Shown here: one piece after another, positions 25,953 through 30,058 of the stretch | Layout of the letters: every line of letters starts with the position of its first letter | Position numbering within the stretch: the stretch's first letter is position 1 | Source: a virus | IMG/VR virus record: IMGVR_UViG_3300025730_000002 | Coordinates: 1 to 43,389 of that record | Length of the DNA: 43,389 nucleotides | Strand: one strand, 5' to 3' | Translations under genes and position numbers: made by a program | Notes under the pieces: model-generated | What the model was told of the DNA's origin: nothing | Databases searched by the model: none | Seen by the model: only the letters and a program-made list of their open reading frames with translations

Positions 25953-26216
25953 ATGAAAGACATTAAAGAATTTACACACATTAACCCGCCAAACAATAGC
26001 TGGGAAGAATTAAAGGATAGGCTGGAAATTATAGTTGATAGTTCTGGACTATCTCTGGGTGCTATCACAGTTGCAGAACTGATGAGTGAAATTTGTTATG
26101 AAAAAGCTGACCATTTAAGGGCAAACTGGCAAGATGAGGTCGGAGCTGAAATCTGGGAAAAAGCAGCTGTTATTTTTGAAAAGACAGCTTATAGTTTAAG
26201 GAATTTAATCAGATAG
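25953..26216 (+). CDS. Hypothetical early protein (87 aa)
   Basis: AAGGAG RBS. Confidence 0.6.
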   Translation: MKDIKEFTHINPPNNSWEELKDRLEIIVDSSGLSLGAITVAELMSEICYEKADHLRANWQDEVGAEIWEKAAVIFEKTAYSLRNLIR

Positions 26217-26226
26217 GAGATTAAAA

Positions 26227-26430
26227 ATGAAAGCTTATATTTTATCATCTGAATTTGGAACTGTCCAGATAGGCAGTATAGTTTTTCAACCGCGCAATCA
26301 TGCCAGGTTTAAGGCAATGGATAGAAAAAATTTAAAAGGTTGTCCAGTTGTTAATGTGCCAGATAAGTCAATGACTTCTGCCAGGTTAGCATTATTGTTT
26401 TATGGACTTCAGAAAGCTAATAAATTATAA
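26227..26430 (+). CDS. Hypothetical early protein (67 aa), last gene of the cassette
   Basis: AGGAG RBS. Followed by the strong terminator at 26441-26482. Confidence 0.55.
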   Translation: MKAYILSSEFGTVQIGSIVFQPRNHARFKAMDRKNLKGCPVVNVPDKSMTSARLALLFYGLQKANKL

Positions 26431-26440
26431 GCTAACAGAA

Positions 26441-26482
26441 AAAAGAAAAATAGCCAGGTCTAAAAAACCTGGCTATTTTTTT
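26441..26482. terminator. Bidirectional Rho-independent terminator
   Basis: A 10-bp stem ATAGCCAGGT/ACCTGGCTAT with a 7-nt loop. It is flanked by an A-run (26441-26450) and a T7 run (26476-26482). It lies directly after the last early-cassette gene. Confidence 0.85.
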
Positions 26483-26565
26483 ATATGTCCGTTATTTTTT
26501 AGTATGAAAAAATACAATGTTATTATATCTATATAGCTATATAGATATATAGATATAAAGATATA

Positions 26566-26630
26566 TATATAGCATAGTAATAGATAACATAGTATAGATA
26601 GCATAGTATCTATATAGATAGCATAGTATC
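26566..26630. repeat. Four tandem iterons TAGATA(G/A)CATAGTA (14-20 bp period) in an AT-rich tract
   Basis: tatatAGCATAGTAa / TAGATAACATAGTA / TAGATAGCATAGTATCtata / TAGATAGCATAGTATC. Followed by a 70-bp C/T-only-rich tract (26628-26698). Confidence 0.8.
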
Positions 26631-26695
26631 TTTTTCTTTTTATCTTTCTTTTCTTTCTATTATTAATATCTTTCTTATCTTTCTTTTTTCTTTTT

Positions 26696-26724
26696 ACCAT
26701 TGCTTATTCCTATTTACTTGTCAA
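26696..26724 (-). promoter_or_regulatory. Possible leftward promoter reading into the iteron region
   Basis: The minus strand reads caTTGACAagtaaataggaataagcAATGGT: perfect -35, 17-nt spacer, weak -10. The spacer contains an ATAGGAAT half-site. Confidence 0.35.
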
Positions 26725-26744
26725 TGCTAATAGTTAGCTATGCT

Positions 26745-26960
26745 AACTAATTTTATGCAAGCTCGAATTAATCCTATAGAAATACTAGGATTTAAATCAT
26801 AGTAAAGTATAATATATTAATCCTATAGCTTTACTCGGATTTATTTAAGAGCCAGCTATAATATACATTAATCCTATCGATTTAATAGGAATTAAAAATA
26901 GAGCCAAGCATAATCCAAAGGATATTATATTATTCCTATCAGAATAGTAGGAATTGAAAG
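26745..26960. repeat. Tandem array of four ~50-bp units, each containing the 23-bp palindrome (R1-R4)
   Basis: Palindromes at 26770-26792, 26819-26841, 26870-26893 and 26932-26954, spaced 49, 51 and 62 bp. The inter-palindrome segments are also related (aagAGCCAGCTATAATATAcATT versus tagAGCCAAGCATAAT..). Confidence 0.85.
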
Positions 26961-27097
26961 GGGGCATCACCCGTTGAGGTAAATTTTTTAAAAGCCAGGC
27001 TGAATCATCATCTACACACCTACACTATATTTCTATTGAGAAATTTCAGACTTTAAATGAAATTTCGGTTAAGAAAATCTGGGGGCTGAAGATTAAA

Positions 27098-27285
27098 AGA
27101 CTACTCTTAAGTAGACTACTCATGATAAGTATTCTATACTCGACACTTTTCAAATTTTGCAGTATATGTCGAACATAATTCGACTTTCCTGTTGTAGTCA
27201 ATGTTGTAATTTTCGTGTTGTAGTCTAAATCATCTTCGTGATTTAACGATTTGTTTTGCAAATCGTGATTAGCGGATGTAGTCTA
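27098..27285. repeat. Cluster of TAGACTAC (x2, direct) and GTAGTC(TA) (x3, inverted) motifs with embedded hairpins
   Basis: AGACTAC 27098-27104, TAGACTAC 27112-27119, GTAGTC 27194-27199, GTAGTCTA 27220-27227 and 27278-27285. Hairpins: CTACT-ctta-AGTAG (27101-27114), GTCGAA-cataa-TTCGAC (27168-27184), ACGATTTG-ttttg-CAAATCGT (27246-27266). Confidence 0.8.
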
Positions 27286-27335
27286 ATTCATTTTAGCATG
27301 AATAAATTTTATTCACACTATGAATAAATTGCTAA

Positions 27336-27353
27336 TTAGGAATTAATTCCTAA
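27336..27353. promoter_or_regulatory. 18-bp perfect palindrome TTAGGAATT/AATTCCTAA (same half-sites, arms inverted, no spacer)
   Basis: It lies about 28 bp upstream of the TTGACA at 27381 and about 62 bp upstream of the consensus promoter at 27415. Confidence 0.8.
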
Positions 27354-27414
27354 ATGGTTTAACTAATTTGGGATTTATTCTTGACATAACCTGTAAAAAT
27401 TTGTAAGACACCAC

Positions 27415-27443
27415 TTGACAAAACAAGAAAAATGTGTTATAAT
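27415..27443 (+). promoter_or_regulatory. Consensus sigma70 promoter, lysis block
   Basis: cTTGACAaaacaagaaaaatgtgtTATAAT: perfect -35 and -10, 17-nt spacer, TGn. The downstream ATAGTTATAGTGGGAGA resembles the downstream region of the promoter at 29918. Confidence 0.8.
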
Positions 27444-27662
27444 ATAGTTATAGTGGGAGAAGAGAGTATAAATAAGCATAAGATTAGCTTATGGGAAGTA
27501 ATTCTATTCCTGCTCTTTGCTCTCTGGGCTGGTGGTATGTATTACTTTGCTGTTATTGGTAAGTATTACTCTGATGTTGCTTTAAATATTACTGCTATAA
27601 TTATGGTTTTAACTCTTCTTAGTCTGTATATTCATAACTATAATAAGAGACATAAAAAATAA
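27432..27662 (+). CDS. Small two-TM membrane protein (holin-class candidate); start uncertain
   Basis: Two hydrophobic helices (VILFLLFALWAGGMYYFAVIG and ITAIIMVLTLLSLYI). The track ATG 27432 lies inside the promoter spacer/-10, so the true start must be downstream, for example in-frame GTG 27453. No RBS is visible. Confidence 0.45.
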   Translation: MCYNIVIVGEESINKHKISLWEVILFLLFALWAGGMYYFAVIGKYYSDVALNITAIIMVLTLLSLYIHNYNKRHKK

Positions 27663-27734
27663 AGTTTAAGAGATAGAGAATATCTGTGGTTATTAACTAC
27701 AGAGATTATATGAAACTATGTGGCGAGGTGTAAC

Positions 27735-27908
27735 ATGCTATCTTATTTTATCATGATTCTTTTCTTAGGCTATATGTTTGAAAACCTTACACTCCTAATT
27801 TTGGAGATGAATTCCAGAAGTATTAAATGGTGGGAAGGGGCTGCATTCTTTCTCTTTGGGGTTTTCATTGATGCTATTAAAAACCTTAAATCAGTGTGGA
27901 AGAAATAA
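27735..27908 (+). CDS. Small two-TM membrane protein (57 aa)
   Basis: ATG 27735 follows GAGGTG; the track start 27720 is GTG. Hydrophobic segments YFIMILFLGYMF and AAFFLFGVFIDAI. Confidence 0.55.
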   Translation: MLSYFIMILFLGYMFENLTLLILEMNSRSIKWWEGAAFFLFGVFIDAIKNLKSVWKK

Positions 27909-28198
27909 TGTTCAAGCCAGAAATATTTGAAATGCTTCTTGTCTGGGTAGGCGGGGCCGCTGGCGTCCAGGCCTTGACGGAACTGCTGAAGACTCTCTGG
28001 AAATCGGCAGATACCAGGCTGAAAAAAATTCTGAATTTTCTGGCTGCGATTATTGTCGCTGTCGTTCTGGTAGCGGCCTTTCTCTGGGCCAATGATATCT
28101 TCTCACTGAAAGCTCTGGTTCTTTATGGCTTTCCTATGTGGCTAATTGCTTCCAAAATCTATGATATTTATCATCCTTCTTCGAAGGCTAACCAATGA
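27908..28198 (+). CDS. Holin-like three-TM membrane protein (96 aa), GC-rich
   Basis: TAATG overlap at 27906-27910. Three hydrophobic segments. Located two genes upstream of the endolysin. Hand count of 27941-28000 gives 40/60 G+C. Confidence 0.6.
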   Translation: MFKPEIFEMLLVWVGGAAGVQALTELLKTLWKSADTRLKKILNFLAAIIVAVVLVAAFLWANDIFSLKALVLYGFPMWLIASKIYDIYHPSSKANQ

Positions 28199-28899
28199 AA
28201 AATACACTAATTATAATTTTGGTCATTGTTTCTATTGTCTTATTAGTTTTTGCTATCTATACAAAAAGGCAAGATATAAAGCTTCAGCAGAAAGTTAAAG
28301 AAGCTAAAGACACAATAGCCTCACTTGAACTTGAGGCTTACCAGCTAACAACACAGTTTCAATTGCTTGATAAAATTAATGCTGATTACAGAAAAAGGTT
28401 TGCTGAACTTGAAAAACAGAAAGAGCTTGTAGATGCTGCTCTTAAGGAGAGCAATGCTAAATTAAAAGACATTGAATTGCAAGTTGCCGTAATGCCACCC
28501 AATGAATTAGTTACAAACATTCAAAATGTTATTGAGGATAGTGGAGTAACTCAAACAGAGTCTGGGTTCGTGTTTAGTCTGGTAGCTGCTCAAAAGACTG
28601 CTTCTAAACTCCTTCAATGGAGAGAGTTTAGTTTAGTTACTATTCCAAAGCTTGAAGAGAAAATAAGAATTCAAGAAAATCAGATTGCTAACTTAACTTT
28701 TCAGATATCTACTTGGGAAGGCAAAGAAAAAATATGGAAGAAAGAAAACACTCTTTGGATTCAAGAAAAGAATGTAATGAACTCTCTTATTCTTGATTAT
28801 GAGAAGAAGCTATCTTCTCAGAAGAAAAAAAGTAAGTGGTCTTCTGCTCTTCTATTTTTGGCTGGAATAGGCGGCGGAATGCTTATAGGAGGGCTATAA
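28195..28899 (+). CDS. Bitopic coiled-coil membrane protein (N- and C-terminal TM helices), lysis-cassette associated
   Basis: ATGA overlap. N-terminal LIIILVIVSIVLLVFAIY, a long E/K/Q/L coiled coil, and C-terminal ALLFLAGIGGGMLIGGL. Confidence 0.6.
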   Translation: MKNTLIIILVIVSIVLLVFAIYTKRQDIKLQQKVKEAKDTIASLELEAYQLTTQFQLLDKINADYRKRFAELEKQKELVDAALKESNAKLKDIELQVAVMPPNELVTNIQNVIEDSGVTQTESGFVFSLVAAQKTASKLLQWREFSLVTIPKLEEKIRIQENQIANLTFQISTWEGKEKIWKKENTLWIQEKNVMNSLILDYEKKLSSQKKKSKWSSALLFLAGIGGGMLIGGL

Positions 28900-28901
28900 C
28901 A

Positions 28902-29180
28902 ATGAAAGGTTTATTTATTGTTTTTCTTATTTTGGGCAGCATTTATTTTTTATTAAAACTTATTAATGAAATTGCTCTTTATTGCTCAGTCAAGAAGAAA
29001 GATAAGCAGCTTGATAATGCTTTGAAAACATTAATTGAATATCAACGGCCAGAAAGTAGGGTGGTGTCTGGTGTTTGCACTGTCTGTTGTGGGTCTGGCT
29101 ATATTGTTTCTCAGGATGGCAATTTAATAGATTGCCCTTCCTGCCAAAAATATGTTGATAAAAATGACAAAAAAACCTGA
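28902..29180 (+). CDS. Membrane-anchored zinc-finger protein (CxxCxGxG + CxxC)
   Basis: ATG 28902 follows GGAGGG; the track start 28836 overlaps the upstream gene. N-terminal TM LFIVFLILGSIYFLL, then CTVCCGSG...CPSC. Confidence 0.55.
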   Translation: MKGLFIVFLILGSIYFLLKLINEIALYCSVKKKDKQLDNALKTLIEYQRPESRVVSGVCTVCCGSGYIVSQDGNLIDCPSCQKYVDKNDKKT

Positions 29181-29685
29181 CATATCCAAAAAAGAGGAAA
29201 TGGCTTTCCTGATGGCTCTGGAAGTTATTATGGAATTTGAAGGATTTAGAGACCACATCTATTATTGTCCTGGTGGCTATAAAACAATTGGGTATGGTCA
29301 TCGTGTTAAGGAAGGAGAATCTTTCTCAGTTCCTTTAAGCAAGCAAGAAGGACTTAAGTTATTGAAGAATGATTTAAGAGAGGTTGTAAATCAAATTAAA
29401 AATGCGATAACTAACAAGAGTGTTTATAATAGGCTAACCGATTACCAATTAACTGCTCTATATGATTTCGTTTATAATGTTGGCATCGACAATTTTAAAA
29501 AATCTACTCTTCTTAAAAAATTAAATGCTGAAGAGCCAAGCGTTGTAGTAGCTGATGAATTTATGAAATGGGTCTGGTCTAATGGAAAAAAGCTTAATGG
29601 TCTTATAATGAGAAGAGCTGGTGAAAAAGAATTGTTTTTAATGAATACAAAAAGTAGTCGATTGAACACAAAAAAGGAACAATAA
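29152..29685 (+). CDS. Endolysin, GH24 (T4-lysozyme-like) muramidase
   Basis: EFEGFRDHIYYCPGGYKTIGYGH matches the E..D..TIGYGH catalytic signature. An alternative start is ATG 29164. Confidence 0.85.
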   Translation: MLIKMTKKPDISKKEEMAFLMALEVIMEFEGFRDHIYYCPGGYKTIGYGHRVKEGESFSVPLSKQEGLKLLKNDLREVVNQIKNAITNKSVYNRLTDYQLTALYDFVYNVGIDNFKKSTLLKKLNAEEPSVVVADEFMKWVWSNGKKLNGLIMRRAGEKELFLMNTKSSRLNTKKEQ

Positions 29686-29686
29686 G

Positions 29687-29911
29687 ATGAGCAAAAAAAG
29701 TGATTTATTTAATGCTGGTTTTGATATAGGTTATAATACAACTAAAAAATATTTTACTAATGAGATGGCTATTGAATTAAGAAAGCATATCTATAATGAA
29801 GTTTTATCAACCGTCAATCTTTTATCTGACGATGAAAAAAAAGAGTTTTATCAAGGTATAGATGTTGGAATAATAAATGCAATTCTTAATAAACTTTATT
29901 TTAATTCCTAA
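29687..29911 (+). CDS. Hypothetical protein (74 aa)
   Basis: AAGGAA RBS, starts 1 nt after the endolysin stop. Confidence 0.55.
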   Translation: MSKKSDLFNAGFDIGYNTTKKYFTNEMAIELRKHIYNEVLSTVNLLSDDEKKEFYQGIDVGIINAILNKLYFNS

Positions 29912-29917
29912 AAAGAC

Positions 29918-29946
29918 TTGACAAAAGTGAAAAAATATGTTATAAT
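29918..29946 (+). promoter_or_regulatory. Consensus sigma70 promoter, packaging/structural block
   Basis: cTTGACAaaagtgaaaaaatatgtTATAAT: perfect -35 and -10, 17-nt spacer, TGn. Followed by ATATATAATGGGAGA. Confidence 0.8.
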
Positions 29947-29955
29947 ATATATAAT

Positions 29956-30043
29956 GGGAGAGCAGGGGTAAGTGCCTGTGCGTATAGACGCATAGTTTGT
30001 AAGACAGGCGGGATAGCCACTTGCAGGTGGGGGCAGTGGTGCT
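29956..30043 (+). other. GC-rich structured 5' leader between the late promoter and terS (candidate cis-regulatory RNA or pac-associated element)
   Basis: Hand count gives 51/88 G+C in a genome where typical windows are about 25-30%. Nested helices GCCTGT/ACAGGC (29974-79 with 30004-09) enclosing GCGT-atag-ACGC, plus CCAC-ttgcag-GTGG (30017-30030). Confidence 0.5.
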
Positions 30044-30058
30044 AATTAGAAAAATTAT

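Noticed and set aside
26473-26700. 75-aa ORF on the minus strand
   Set aside because: Its translation is a poly-K/R run followed by an I/Y/L-only sequence, produced by reading the CT-tract and (ATAG)n iterons. There is no RBS, and the ATG lies inside the -10 of the only upstream promoter candidate.
26745-26960. Possible mini-CRISPR array (23-bp palindromic repeats separated by 26-38 bp)
   Set aside because: The spacer segments are themselves homologous between units (AGAGCCAGCTATAAT versus AGAGCCAAGCATAAT). The repeats are degenerate, there are only four units, and no cas genes or leader are present. It is a tandem repeat of whole ~50-bp units, not a repeat-spacer array.
27095-27116. Resemblance of AAAAGACTACTCTTAAGTAGAC to the Cas12a crRNA 5' handle (AAUUUCUACU-loop-GUAGAU), and of TGTTGTAG repeats to the Francisella-type repeat end
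   Set aside because: Only the CTACT..GTAG core matches. The register of the stem is shifted, the flanking AAUU/U pseudoknot bases differ, and the TGTTGTAG copies lack an upstream CTAC partner. This may be coincidence in AT-rich DNA. It is kept only as something to test against host repeats.
27046-27261. 71-aa ORF on the minus strand in the TAGACTAC repeat cluster
   Set aside because: It starts at TTG, has no RBS, and spans the repeats and hairpins. It is more likely a chance open frame in structured non-coding DNA.
27381-27409. Second TTGACA element 34 bp upstream of the consensus lysis promoter
   Set aside because: Seventeen nucleotides downstream the best -10 is TAAGAC. It is a much poorer match than the adjacent perfect promoter, so it is not listed as a feature.
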